A stretch of 64,000 nt of DNA from Psammoneis japonica. Its lineage: Eukaryota. The notes under the pieces were generated by a model. The model saw only the letters and a list, made by a program, of their open reading frames with translations. It ran no database searches and was not told the origin of the DNA. Where the stretch lies: NCBI GenBank assembly GCA_008632985.1, contig QPGO01000098.1, positions 1-64,000 on the forward strand, given 5' to 3'. Position 1 is the first letter of the stretch. Each line of letters starts with the position of its first letter. The position numbers and the translations under genes were made by a program. Positions 12,381 through 25,813 of the stretch are shown here, in pieces.

Positions 12381-13436
12381 GAATGGAGCTGGATGCTCTT
12401 GATTGGAGTGGAAAATCAACATGGGCATTCCGCTGCCGAACAATTTCAAAATGATGATGGCTGAAAATGGTGTGTTCCAGAAGGTGAGCCATTGAGTCAT
12501 TTGCATTGTCCAGCTCAATTGGCGCACAGTCAAGAAGACAAAAACATTCCATGGCAATGATTGGCTGAACTTTTGAAGGCATTGGAAACTGATTGCGGAG
12601 AGCACGTGTTTCCCTGCTGATTGAAAATGGACACCATTGCTTGTCAACACCTGAACACTTGGAAGAAATCAAATCCATGTTGAGCAGCATGTTGGGAGAA
12701 GAAGAAAAGATGCAGTGACTTGGGGCATGTGTTTGGCCAATTTCAGATTGCCACCAGCAAGAATGATGATGAGTGGATGCAGCTGCAGAGGCTGCTGACC
12801 TTCTTGGCACATTTGATCTCATGGCAATGGTGAATGCTGTGCAACATCACTCAGCCCACAAAACATCCAGTGCTCCCAGTCAGCAGCTCTGTTCCCACAC
12901 ACAAGAGCTTGATTCAAATTGGTTGCTCATTTCTGCTTTCCTCTGGACGGTGAATTTTGAAACACCCCAGTTCAGAAAGCGGAGCAGAGAACCAGAAGAA
13001 CTGCTCATCTTCAAGAGCATCCTTCAAGATGCAACTTTGTCAATCTTTGGACTGACCAGCTGGGTCAAATGTGTTGTTGGACAGCAACATTGCCTGTGAG
13101 TCATTGAAATCCACAATGGGCTGCCAGCGTTTCCAACCACATTTCATCCCCAGCTCCATGAAATCTTGGTTCTCAAATGACACGGCTCATTGAAGCACTG
13201 ACACCACACCAGCCATGTTGGCTTGAGGAATCAACCCACCCCATCATCTCACTCCATTCTCTAAAAATCAACTGGGTTGTGTTGAACTTTGCTGATCTTT
13301 TGTTGCATTCTTGCTCCTTCCGTCTGTGGTGGACCCAAGAAGCCGAGTTAGTAATTGCCACACGTCCGTCGTCCGTCGCTCCATCCGCTCCATCATCCAT
13401 CCGATCGTCATCCTGCCCATCCTGCACGCAGTCGCA

Positions 13437-15018
13437 ATGATGAACGCCAAAAACATCTCATCGTCCAATCAATATCATGGATCATCACCCCACCTGTCCA
13501 TTAGGGCTAGCGGCAAGATGGCTTTATCTACTACCCCCGGAACGCTTGTTCACGTGCGGTACGTGAGAGAGTCGGGCTTGAGAAAGGAACCTACTATTCG
13601 CTTCGTGACAACAGCTCAACATGGAACGCTCTGGGCGAAGCTCGACGCTTCGAGTTGTCTTGTGGAAGGCCCACCTGGATGCGGAAAGTCTACTGCAGTC
13701 TGGTATTGGCTCACGCAGCGAGTTCAACGTACCGGCGAGAATGCGCTCTGGTGTCACTTCACGAAACTTGGCTTTTTGGTGGGTTGTGGTTATCAACCGT
13801 GGAGAGGATGGCACACTCACCTTCAAGAGGACCGAAGCGCGTGATGATCCGTTCGCGAAGGTCTACGACGCCGATGAAAAGATAAAAATATGCGTGGTGG
13901 ATGGAGTTACAGTTGACAACAAAGAAATGGCCGGCAAGAGTTGGAGATCTTTCGGTTTCGTTGCAAGTTTGTATATGCACTGCCATATGATCTGGGTTTC
14001 GAGTCAGCAGCTGGTTGTGCCTAGAGAACATCTGTTGGCTGTGAATATGAAATATCACTCGTTTTACTCATGGACAGAGACAGAAATAAGTGAGTGCGCA
14101 GCTACCTTTGATGACGAAATGAAACGATCATTCATCGACGATGTAAATGCCGGACTACCTGAAAATCGCTCTTTTCCTGGGGACACAATGGACTTTGATC
14201 AGGCCTGTACGATCAAAATGTACTTCTGTGGGTGCTCTGTCAGGTGGATGTTCGGGATGAACTTGAAGGATGCATTGGAAGACACAGAAGATCACCTTGC
14301 GAAGGTGGAGAATGCCCAATTGATTCAATCTGGATTGGCAGGAGTGCGTGGTGTGACTGCAGTAAACCACGTTATTGCAATGTATCCATCGGGCAGTTCT
14401 GATCGGCGGGGCCTCTTCAGAATCGCGAGCCCCTTCATGATGGAGAAAATATCTGAAACTGTTGGTTTGGAGGCAATTCGAGCCATGTATTCGAGCCACT
14501 GGGTACAAAACAATCCTTCTGTTCATGGGTTTGTTTTCGAATGGGACATTATCACGCGGCTTCAGAAGCATAACTCATTGACTCTCACCGACGTAGACCG
14601 TTATGAGTCAACATGGAGGATAACAAAGACTGTCCGACTTGCCGAGTTCTTACAACATGGCATGGCTGATGATCAACAGTTGCTGGTTCTCCCCGAAAAA
14701 TGGAATCATCCCATATTTGATGGCATGTACATTCATCGCGATGAAGATCGGCGTCTCCACATGGTGGCCTGGAACGCATCCGAGGCAGCAACTCACTCAG
14801 GCAATGTTTCTCAACTGCTTCTTTTGCTGGAATCTCTAAGTCAGCGTGAAGCGGAGTCGATCAATTTTGCTACAGTCAGGTTTCTGTTTCTTGTTCCACT
14901 TGAGAGTCTGCATGATTTTAAGATGCCCTCGAGTTCACATTGCCTCCTAGCAATACAGCAACTTGCAGCTTGGTCATTTGGGGGGTTTGAAGTGTGTGGT
15001 GCCACTCGTACGCAATGA
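13437..15018 (+). CDS. Crinkler/RHS-like P-loop NTPase fused to a restriction-endonuclease-like (PD-(D/E)XK) domain; one apparent frameshift near 13782
   Basis: Walker A 'LVEGPPGCGKST', Walker B-like 'ICVVDG', then 'HGFVFEWD' and 'PEKWNHPIFDGMYI' typical of CRN-type REase modules. Two overlapping ORFs joined by a 1-nt indel. Start at 13437 or 13518. Confidence 0.7.
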
Positions 15019-15109
15019 AATTTGGTTGCAGGAGAAATGTTCAGAGGTCCAAAGTTTTGATGTACAACACGGCCAAACTGTTGAGTTAGTTTAACATTAA
15101 AAAAAATCT

Positions 15110-18100
15110 ACGACAGTTGTGTGTGCCAGAATCGCATTGAACGGCCATGTCAAGACTTGTTCTCATGCAGCTCACCATTGTCTTGGTGTGCCCGCTGCAG
15201 ACACATTTGCTGCTCCCAACTCCAAACAGTCGTTGGCTTGCTCCCTCAGCACAGAAAACATTCAAGCTTTGTTGTCTGGAGACCTGCATTTCATGCCTGC
15301 CAGGAGAACAATGAAAAAAGCAGTGCCATTTGAACAACTCTCTTTTCACAGCCTGCATGTCCATCTGTGAATGTTCTGTTTTCAATGTGTGAGTCTGCAT
15401 TGCTGGCTCAAGCCTGCCAAAATCTGCCCTCCTCCCACAACACAGCCATGGAAGGTGCACCATCACAAGAAAGCAGAGCAGAAAGGTCAAACAAAAGCAT
15501 TGAGTGATGACAACAAAAGAGTTGCTGTTGTTGCTCCTTGCCCTGACCGAAGATCGGGTGCTTCACTGTGGAGCCACTGGAAAAGCATTGGTGAAGAGAA
15601 AAATGTGACGGCTGCTCCAAACTCAAAATTCAATGTTTGATGTCATGTTTTTTTTGTCAAATCAAAATGGGTGCCATGCTGAGTCAACGTGTTGACTGGG
15701 GAAAGCATCATCACACTTTTCCCTTCACTGACCAGGGGCTGAGAAACTCAATGTCAACAGTGAGTGACATGGTTGGCTCTGTTCTGGAGTGTGAAGCCAC
15801 AAACTCTCTCATGTGAGTGGTGTTGAGCGGTTCTAAGAAATCATGTCAAAGAGGAAGAAAATGGAGGAAAAAAGCAGGAGTGGACATCTTGAGCAAGTCC
15901 TGTCCATGAGAGATCCTGAAAACCTGCGGTAAACATGATGATGCATGACCTTGTCCACATTGACAAAAAGCAGCTTTGGCACCACAGCCAACTCTGAATG
16001 CTGCATCCTCACAATCACTGGGAATGAGCCTCCAGCTGACATGACAAAGGAGCCAGATGCAAGCCAAGGGACATCTCCAAAGTGATGCTTCTTTGTGCCC
16101 AAGCACATCCAAGATGGGTGAGTGGCCCATGTGGCTGGGATGGAAAGATCACTCTGGGACATGGCGGATGGGTCATCTGAAGAAGCCAAGCAAGATTTCT
16201 TCAAAAATGTCCTGCAGGAATGCTGGTGTGGGTCAATCTGCACCATCCGCTGTTTGGCAAAACAGACCCAAGAACCTGCCAGGTGCCACATGATGTGTTG
16301 GAGCAGCAGCACTGCATGCATCCAGACCAAGTTCAACAAGACTTGGCTGCTCCTCCCGTGTTTTGTTGGGATTGTCTGATGCTTGCAGAGAGGCCCATCA
16401 AAAACAACAGGCTCATCAGAGTCATTGCTCAATGCTTTCAAGTGTTGCTTGGTGTCAGAAGGGCACATTGGCTCCTCAAGAAGGATTGAAATGTTGCAGA
16501 GGATGAGATGTTGACAAATCCATGAGCACCAGCAACATTTCAGAAAGCAAAGTTGCAGACAAGAACTGCCGTGGGATGCAGCAATGGAGAGCCAGCAGTG
16601 CTCAGAGCACAATCATGTTTGATGCTGCAAAATTTGAAGCAATGGCACAAGCACAAGATCAAGAGTGGCAGAGGAGGAAGAATTGTGTGCTGCAGCACAA
16701 GCACCAAAATGCAACAATGTTGCAAGGGGCAACTGGACTCTTTCACTTTCAGAAGTTCTGCAAAGGATGATGACAACAAACTCACATGCAAAACAAGCCT
16801 TTCCTGCCGCAATGACTGAGACTCAGAAACACTTCTCAGATGACAAGGTCAAGAGCTTGGTCATGCTGCATCCATCAAAAACATCAACAACATTTTCGGC
16901 ACCACCCACAAGAAGCACAAGGCCTTCTTGCTTCTGCACAGCAAGTGCATGACCACTTGGTGAGCTGCACCATGCCCACCCTTTCTTGTCAGTGCAACTC
17001 ATTGGATTCCATGTCAAGACATGGGCTGATTCATGCCTGTGGTGAAAAACAGTTTTCCCCCACTGCAAATCATGCTTTGATTGAAAGGTCTCTTGAGGCA
17101 CGCTGGCAGATGCCAAGGATTGTGTCAGACTGTGAAGGGTTGCCACAAAGCCTCCAGCAACACTGCCACAGTTGCTTGCACTGTTTGAAGAATGCGCAGC
17201 ACCCATCACAATCTGACAAGGTGAGCTGAGGTGTGTGTGTGCATGTGTGTGTGTGTGTGATCCATTTTTTGTTGCCATGGTCTGACCAACTTGTTGTTGT
17301 TGGCTTGCTGTCACCCTTGGTGGTTGAAGCATCCTTTAGAATCAAGCTCATGTTGAGTGCTTCTATGAGCAAGCTTGCATTCACTGTTGCACATTTCAAG
17401 TGAACCATCTCAACAATCCAGCAATTGTGAGACTGTGGTGTTGTCAGCCACAACCGCATTGACTTCTCTGTTGCCCATTTTGCGAAGAAGCTCCCCAGCT
17501 GTTGAATCAAATGCAAAGCAACTGCAATCTGTCATGGCACAGACAGTGCCCTTTGCCATGTAAAAGTGATCAACTTTCTGATCAGGGTAAATTTTCAAAC
17601 ATGAGTTCAATGACTCTGCTGTCCTTGTTGGTGTGATCTCACATTGCTGTCCCCCATTTGCACACAACAATGCCTCTCATGCCAGTGCTTCATGTTTGCA
17701 TCATCTGTGAAATCAACACATGACAAGTTTGATGAACTGCCATCCATTTGGAAGCTGCATCACACAAGTCAATGGGACAACACAACACTGCAATCAAAGA
17801 TCTGCTGCAAGGAGGGAGGCAGGAGAATCTTGAAAGCAAAATGAATGTAAAAATCTGATCAGAGCTGCTGACTCACCTTGCCATTGGTGAAGCCTGAGCC
17901 ATTTCCTTGGAATCAGCATTGTTGCACAGTGCCTTCCATGTGCAGACCCAGCCAATCAAGGTGCAAGCCACCACAAATTTTCTGTGCAATGCTGCATCCA
18001 ACACAGTCTGGCATGTGTGGGTGGGTCTCTTTCTCCATTGAGTTGTGCGACATTTTACAGCAGTTGGGGGCAACTGATCCAGCACTCTCAGGCAGAGAAA

Positions 18101-20150
18101 AAGCCTTGCACCCAATTTTTAAGTGCTGTCGCACCTTTGCCCAGCAACACCAGTGCCAGCTGACCCAAACTGCCTGCACACCCTTCTGGGAGCATGGCAG
18201 AAGCTCATGCAATTGGCCGGTCATGGCGCCACTTTGCAGTGAATCCCACCAGAGACAACCGGTTGAAACAAAATTGCACAAGAATGAGGTCATTGTTTCT
18301 TTTGGAATGGGTGCAAAGTGTGAACACCATGACAACAAAGCACAATCATGTTTGTGAGAGGATGCAAAACCACAGCTCAAGATTTGGGAGAAAAACCTTG
18401 CTTGTCTGCACCAAAGACAGACTGGATTGCACACTTCTTGCAGGCATGGGAATGGAAGCAAACAGATTGCTGTGCAGAGCATTGATCTTGGAAAGCTGGC
18501 AAAAGGAAGAAGGGACACTGAGGACTTGCAGGTGTGAAATGGGGAGCCTTGATGACATGCCGAGAAGGAAGTCAAAAGAAAGAGTGTTCTCGCACAGAAT
18601 TGACACCAAGTCTGGTGTGGAAATGCCAAAATGCTGTGTGCAGCAGATGGACGATCATCAGGTGATGCTGATGGCTCACCCAAATGAACACTCATGAGAG
18701 CCACAACAGGTGCAGAACTTTCACCAAATGAGGCAAAGAACTTGATTGTCCAGGAGTGCGGAAAAGAGTCATTGGGGACTGATGGGCATGGATGAAAGTG
18801 GTTTGCACTAGATCCTGTGTGGAAAATGCACTGAATTTGCAAAAAATTGCCAAAAACAAGAGTGACAAGCATGCAAGCCATGAGGTTTTGACACCGGTCA
18901 TTTTCCACTCAAAAGCATTGTGCATCATGCTGAAACAGAGGCGTGCCATGGGTGGAAATGGCCAAAACAGTCTCGGGGCCCCCCAGCAAAGAAACAGCAT
19001 CGTCTGAAAAGGGCAACATCAGCGCAAGAGCATGCACACAGAAACACATGCAGGGGCTGCAGTGGGTGCTGATGTTGATGAAGTGCTCTCAGGCAGAGAG
19101 ATTGGGAGGTGCAGCAGTGGTGTGAAGAAGTGTGTTGAGGAGCTGAAACAAAATTGGATCATCTGCAGAAATCGCAATGCTCAATCCCAGGCAAAACAAT
19201 TTGGGTTGTTGTCAATCTTGCAGAGAAAAGAAAGTTGTTTGACAGTGGACCAATGGGCAAGCCAGCCCATGTCAACAAAAAAGGCACCCATCCCTTGGTG
19301 GTCACCTCCAACCCCAATGGAACATCCAACCCCTCCTCGATCACATCCATGGCCCCCCAACACAAGATTTCCGGCAAGAGAAGCTGGCAACTGGCCACAC
19401 TGGAACTCAGATCAACTGGGGTGCCCCAGGCAGAGGCACAAAATGGTGCCCAACAACCTTCCAACAATTGAGACAACCCAGTGGACTGCCAGCTTTGTTG
19501 TTGCAAAGAACAAAAACTTGCCCCACTGGAAAAAGACAGAGAGCCCGGACTGCCCCTAACATGGAGAAAGGGAGTCTGGCATGAGCCACATGCTTCAATG
19601 CAGATCCACATTTTCTGCAGTTTGACCCCAATCTTAAAAATGTTGACTGCTTCAAAACACCTCTTTGCAGACAATGTGAACAATTGAAGCCATGCTCTGA
19701 ATCGATTTGGTTGGAGCTGGCATGTTCAAAGGATCCGAGGTCCAGCTGCTTGCGGCTCCTCAGGAACTCACACAAATTTTTGACAGCTGATGACTGCCTG
19801 GGATTGTCTCATTTGGTCACACCAGAGGGTGGTGTTTGATCCATTGATGAAACTTTTAGATGGACCAACGCAGACGTTGAGTCAATTTGAATGTCACAAA
19901 TGACTGTTGTGAGCAAAAGGATTGCCGCACTTGCTTTGATGGAAAACACTGCCAAAGAAAGAGCTTGTGCCTTTCCATGTCATCTTCATTGAAAACATCA
20001 TCCAAGTCATGGGTGCCTGCACAATGCGCTCCACTTTGCACCTTCAAAACATTTGCTGTCGTGTTGGATGCAGAAGAAACAAAGAAGGAAATTGAGTGAA
20101 AAGTTCAGATGACGATTGAAGGCATCAAATGAAGATGCCTTGCTTTGGCA
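15110..20150. repeat. Heavily decayed repeat-like DNA, possibly a LINE remnant on the + strand; class uncertain
   Basis: Near-total TpA loss and no intact ORF. A zinc-knuckle-like remnant 'WKKTESPDCP*HGERESGMSHMLQC' near 19530-19600 resembles LINE C-termini. Confidence 0.3.
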
Positions 20151-20596
20151 CCCTTGCCTTGTCATTGCAATGAGGTTTTAACATGCTCTCCAGGTGTTTC
20201 TTACACTTGGCATTAAATGTTGCCACCGCCGCAACCGATCCCATGGTCGACTTGAGTTGAATCGCGTGCCTGCGTTTTTGATGAAGAAAAATTGATTTTT
20301 TGTGGGTCAGGGAGCGTTTTGTCGAAAATCACAGTGATGGCTGCGCGGACGTGGCCCTTCTCGTACCCCGCCAAGTTTATGGAGACGCCAAGCAAGCAGT
20401 GAGTCCCTCCGGGGCTTGTTGAACTTGAAGATCCTCCAGGCCAAGATGACCGGTCATGGGACAGCTCAAGTGTCGGAGGCTTGCTGCACGCGCCAAAGCG
20501 AATCCACAAAAAGCGTCGTGGCTCCAGCACGTCGATTGACAGGCGAGGCAACGAAGGGCCCAAACAGCACCACAACAACACAAGATTGCATTCACG

Positions 20597-21633
20597 ATGA
20601 TGTTGTGCTCTGTCTGGTTCACCTCGGAAAAGATGACGGTTGTCCTGATGGCCCTTGTGGCCCTTCTCGCCGCCCTCCCGCAAACATCAGGCTCCACCTC
20701 CCTGGTGTTGGTCCGTCCCAACATTCGTCTCGTCGAAACGTCCCGCGACGAATCAGAAATGAGGAGCGGCGGCACCTGCGTGGATTCGCGGCACACGGCA
20801 AGTGATTGCTGGGAGCGAGAGCATTGCGACGATTCTTGCAGCAGCAATGCTGTTCCATTTGTGTCGGTGGAGGATCCAACGGCCGTCACCACATGCACTC
20901 ACACGCGGGTGAAAAAAGCCTGCGAACTGGCGGGACAGTTGGTCAACACCTTCCAATGTTCGGGTGCGACCGTCACGTGCCGTGTTGAGGATGCGCCGGG
21001 AGAACTCGCCCAATTGCAACTCTTTGCCAAAGAACACGACGTGCTGCCCACGGCTCCCTGCACCCAATCGTGTTTCGATGAGGAGACTGGAGGGTTGGTC
21101 AGTCCCAATGGCCAAGACGATGAGGCATCGGATGGCAGCTGTGAGATTGTGCCTGGCTGGTCTGTGCACTCCAAGTGCAGTGATGGCCAGGGCAATCGTG
21201 TGTGCGAACTGCCCAACGGAGAGACCTGCAATGACTGCATGCACCTGCACGATGAAGAGTCTTGCCGGGAGGCCGCGAAAGCCTTTGGACTGGCACTCGG
21301 TGGCCGAGCTATGACTTTGCGGGAGATCATGGCACCAAAGGATGCCACTGCTACACGGCCGCGAGCGCGGGCTTTAAGAATCAAGCCCACTTTGGCACGG
21401 GCGGCAGTGTCTGTGAAATGCGTTTTACCTTGTCATCGACATCGAGCCAACATCGACTCTTTGCGTGCACCCATCCGATCGACAAGAGTGGCAGTGAGCA
21501 GGAGAATGGCGGCAACAATGGCGAGCAGGAGAATGGTGGCAATGGTGCGATGGAAACGTCAGAGGCCCGTGGGAGCATTGTTGGGCATTTTGCTGCAGTT
21601 TTGATTGCGGCCCTTGTGGCTGTGATGCTTTGA
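20597..21633 (+). pseudogene. Decayed Cys-rich cell-surface protein with a C-terminal hydrophobic anchor
   Basis: Cys-rich ORF with frameshift. 'DFAGDHGTKGCHCY...AHFGTGGS' has His where Tyr is plausible. Ends in hydrophobic 'FAAVLIAALVAVML*'. Start uncertain. Confidence 0.5.
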
Positions 21634-22219
21634 TGCTGAAGAAAGCCGCATCACTGACATTTCATGCGCGCCACACCCGAGTTCACTGCTTCACAAGAGG
21701 TCGGAGAGATCCGGCACAAAACATGTTTGTGGGCGCCAGGGAACTTCGTAAAAGCCTGTTCGTCTCTAACTGCTAAATCCTTTTGAGTTGTTTCATCCAA
21801 TTGAATGGGTGGCTCTCGGATGGGGAAAATGCCTTCATGCTCTTATTCCTTGTTTCCAACTCTCTCATCATCCTGTGCAACGCATTCCATTCTTGAGCTC
21901 CAACAAGAGAAATCTGACCAGAGAGGATGTGGCCGGCTGCGTTGCTGTGATTGGAGCCATCGCCCACGCTGAGGACAGCACAGCAGCGGTCGAGGCCTTG
22001 AACGATGCCATGGGGTCTCGTCCACAGTCATCATGTCAATCATCTGAGCCTGTTCCTTCAAATGCCAGCTCCCCAGAGGATCACACGGTGACTGACCCTT
22101 GCAGCAGGATCAACACGGTTGGTCCTTAATGAACTCTAGTGACAGACAATTTTGGAGGGTCCAACTCGGATGTGACTTCTACGCCAGCAGATTTTCTTGA
22201 TGGCAGTCCTGTCTCTTGC

Positions 22220-22642
22220 TCACTCTGGACATGATTCTGATGATGTGGTGCAGGACTGACCTTCTGCATTGACACTTGCTTGCACTTGATGCCAGGAGCT
22301 GCCCCTCTTGCGCTTGCCAAAGCAATCACCCATGATTTTCTTGGTGACATCACCAAACTGGTGCTCATCTTTTCCCATGAAGCTGGACAAAGCCTTTTTG
22401 GTGATGTCACCAAACTGATGGTTGGCAGCAGCAACTCTGCCAGATTGCTGTCCTTTGGAAGGCTCTCCTTCCAGATCCGCGCCAATTGGCTCAGTCAAAG
22501 ATGGGTGTCGCTTTTGGACTGCAGTCTCGCATGTCCACCAACTCAAGAATTTTGCCAATGAGTCCCATCTGCGACAACAGAGCAGTCCCGTCTTCATTCT
22601 TTGAAACCTGAGTGCCCAAGAAAGCCAACACATCACCTTCAC
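22220..22642 (-). pseudogene. Decayed algal 'Y(E/Q)FGD(I/V)TK' repeat protein
   Basis: 'HQFGDITKKALSSFMGKDEHQFGDVTKK': both repeat units carry His at the position that is normally Tyr. Confidence 0.55.
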
Positions 22643-22664
22643 AAGTCAAATTGCATCTAACACA

Positions 22665-23030
22665 GATGGAGGTGTGGACTGTGCCTGGTGGACAATTATC
22701 TTCTGTGGGCAGGTCTGTCGATGCAAAGCCTGCAGGTCTCAAGAGCAAGTTGAAGAAACACAAAGGCAGCAACCAAGATTTGACTGCAAAAAAAAACTGC
22801 CCACCATGTCAGTCAGTTGATGGAGGTGTGGACTTTGCCTGATGGACAATCAACTTCAGTTGGCTGGTCTGCCAACACGAAGCCTGCAGGACTCAAGGGC
22901 AAGTTGAAGAAACACAAAGGCAGCAACAAGAATTTTTCTACAAAAAACTGTGAAGCCTGCAGGTCTCAAGGGCAAGTCAAAGAAACTCAAAGGCAGCAAC
23001 CAAGACTTGTCTACAAAAAACACTGCCCAT
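22665..23030 (+). repeat. Imperfect tandem repeat (~150-bp unit x2 plus a partial third unit)
   Basis: gatggaggtgtggact occurs twice; aagcctgcagg(t/a)ctcaag...aagaaac..aaaggcagcaac occurs three times. Confidence 0.85.
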
Positions 23031-25524
23031 CATGACAGTCAGTTGTCTGCTTCTGCTCATGTGCCCCCACGCTGGAGAAGAAGAGCGAGAATGAAGAATG
23101 CAGAAACAAGAACAACCAGAAATTGCACCACGACTTTGTTGTCAAATGTGTCAACCCACCTGTCGTGTTTGCATCAAATTCACAAATTCAAAACTTGACA
23201 AACAAGGCCGCAGTGATGTTGGAAATTGCTGGGCAGATTTTCCATGTGAGTTTGTCCCCAAGCAAGAGCTGTGGACAAAAAAATGATGACCTCAATCCAT
23301 GGCTGACAAAACATCATCACACTCACCCCAGCATTTGATGAGCCTTGTCACAACTGCCATTGTCTTGGCATGATGCATGATGACAACTCCTTGCACTCCC
23401 CAGACTCAGACAATCATCTCACTTGATTGCACAGCAGCTGTGGCCATGCAACAATCTCTTGGCAGATTGGCCCTGGCACACATGGATTCCTTGCCATGGA
23501 ATGGTTGGCAGCTCAGCAAGAGTTCAGCAAGCTCCTTGAATGATGGAACACGGGGATTAGATGGGTGTCAGGTGACACACAACAGCTGTGGAATGTCTTG
23601 TGGGACATGTGAAGACTTTGAATGTGGGTGTTGAAATCAGATGCTGTGTTTCCAAATCCAAACTGGCCATTCATGGCATTCTGAATGACCAAATTAAAGA
23701 GTGGCTTTTGGCAAGCTCCACAACAACCCGACTGTGCCATGCCCACCCACCAAGAAGTTTCCTGGTGGTTCACCTGACCATGGAAACTGTGCAGGCAGAA
23801 GACATCAACCACAAATGGCGCTGGCCAGCAAAGGCAGAAGCAGCAGCACAAAAGGCAATTGCCTCTCAGAGCTCTGATTGAAATGCCTGACAAACTCATG
23901 TGGCAATTCAGTTGCACAGAGTGCCAAGTGCCACTCACAACTTCAAAAGCAAAGGTGCATTTGTGCACCTGCATTGATGTTCTGACCATGTCTCCAGAGT
24001 TGTGGATTGAAAGAAATCTCAGGGGTGGCCAAGCTTGACACAGGCACCAGCAAATGAGCTGGGCAATTTTAAGATTGAATTGAATTGAGTTGCATTGTCA
24101 TCAGGTGTTGTTGTTGTGAGTTGTGATGGAGTGCCCCATGCTTTCCATTTTTGCACTTTGTTCATGCAAGGGTGCAACATGTGCTTGGCTCTTTGGCAGT
24201 TTCTGCAAAAACAGTTCAGTGGCGCAAGGTCCCACCCAGAGCTGGAACATGTCTGTTGGCATTTCCTGGAAAGTTGTTGCTTGTCAGTTTGTTGATGAAC
24301 ATGACAACCGCACCAAATCCAACAATTGGCTTTTGAAGGCCAACAAGCGCAGCTCACACAAAGGTCTGGCTGACAGCCTCAATGGGGTTCAGGTTTTAGA
24401 CACACTCACAAGTGTTTTGGGGTGCTCAGAGGCATCACAAAACAACACAGGTGAAGTGCAGGAAAATGACAAAATCATGAGTCATTTAAAAAAAAAAATG
24501 CCGCCAACCAACGACCCATCCTCATCCTGACATTTTGCCAATTTTTTCATGTTCGTGGCCGGTTGAAGAAAAAGGGAAAAAAGGAGGGGATTCAACCATT
24601 GAACACACACACACAAATTGACCATGCAACCAGGGCCAGAGTTGCACTGGCTTCCTTTGGTCCAGGGTGGTTGCTGCAGGTGCAAAGAGTGGGGCACACT
24701 GCACCTGCAGGAGGGTGACAATGTGACACTGAGTGCATGCTGCCAAGCTGAGCAGCCCAGCTTGGTTGCAAGCCAAGCCCTGCTAGGCCAGTTGCTCTGG
24801 CTCCAGTTGCTCCCATTGTGCATCAATTGTCGAAGGAGCACCACCACATTGACTCAAGAAAGGCTGTGTTTTGAGCAGGACAGAGAGAAAAACATTGACA
24901 TCTTGACTGGTGCTTGCTTTGAACCCTGTGTCATGAGCACAGGCTCCTCTTTTCATCTTGGCTGGTGCTTGCTTTTTAGACCCTGCATCATGAGCACAGG
25001 CTCCTCTTGAGAAAAGAGCAAGAGATGCTGCACACAGCCATTTTTGGCACCTCTCTTTGGTTGCCCACTTGGCATTGTCAACAAACTCTTGAACACAACC
25101 TCACTCAGATTTTCTTCACTCTTCAACCACAAAAGCAGGTCCAACTTTTTGTTGGCTTTTTTCAGCCGGGGGTCACTGTTGCAGGCACAAATGGTGGGCA
25201 CATGCTGCCATGTGGCTGCAGGGTGACAATGTCATGCCACCAAGCATGTGCTGCACACCAAGGAGCCAAGCAGCCCAGCTCAGCTTTGAATGAAGCCCCA
25301 GGACAGCAGCCAGCTCTGGGTGCTCCTGGCATGGTTCACTTGTTCAAGCTGTGCTGCACTCACCCCACAATGCTCTGTGTTGTGGTGGTGGTGGCTTGTT
25401 GCAAGTCACGAGGAGTCAGCAGTCAGCCGGGGGCCCTCATCTTGCAAAGGCCACACATGTTGACCCTGTGGAAAGCTGTGTGAGGGGCCAGGCACAGGGT
25501 TCTGCAATGATGGCTCCATGGCCA

Positions 25525-25813
25525 TTGGCCCCAAGTTGGCATTTGATTGGGAGCCAGTGCTGAGGGGCTGTGAAGTGTGGGGTTGGAAGCCCACCAGCCG
25601 GCTCGCACTCTTTGTTGGTGGCACAAAGTGCTGTTGCAGCTGTCTTTGCATTGCAACCAGCCAGATGCAGTTGGCTCCAAGTTGGCATTTGATTGGGAGC
25701 CACTGCCAAGGAGCTGTGAAGTGTGGGGTTGGGCAGTCCAGCCAGCTCACACTCTTTGCTGACAGCAGAAAGTGCTGTCACAACTTCTGTCTTTGCATTG
25801 TGGTGACAGCCAG
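25525..25813 (+). repeat. ~146-bp tandem duplication in decayed DNA
   Basis: ccaagttggcatttgattgggagcca and gctgtgaagtgtggggttgg each occur twice; copies differ largely by TG/CA/CG swaps. Confidence 0.85.

Noticed and set aside
22665..23030. Short direct repeats as a CRISPR array
   Set aside because: Units are long, degenerate and lack unique equal-length spacers. The context is eukaryotic and there are no cas genes.
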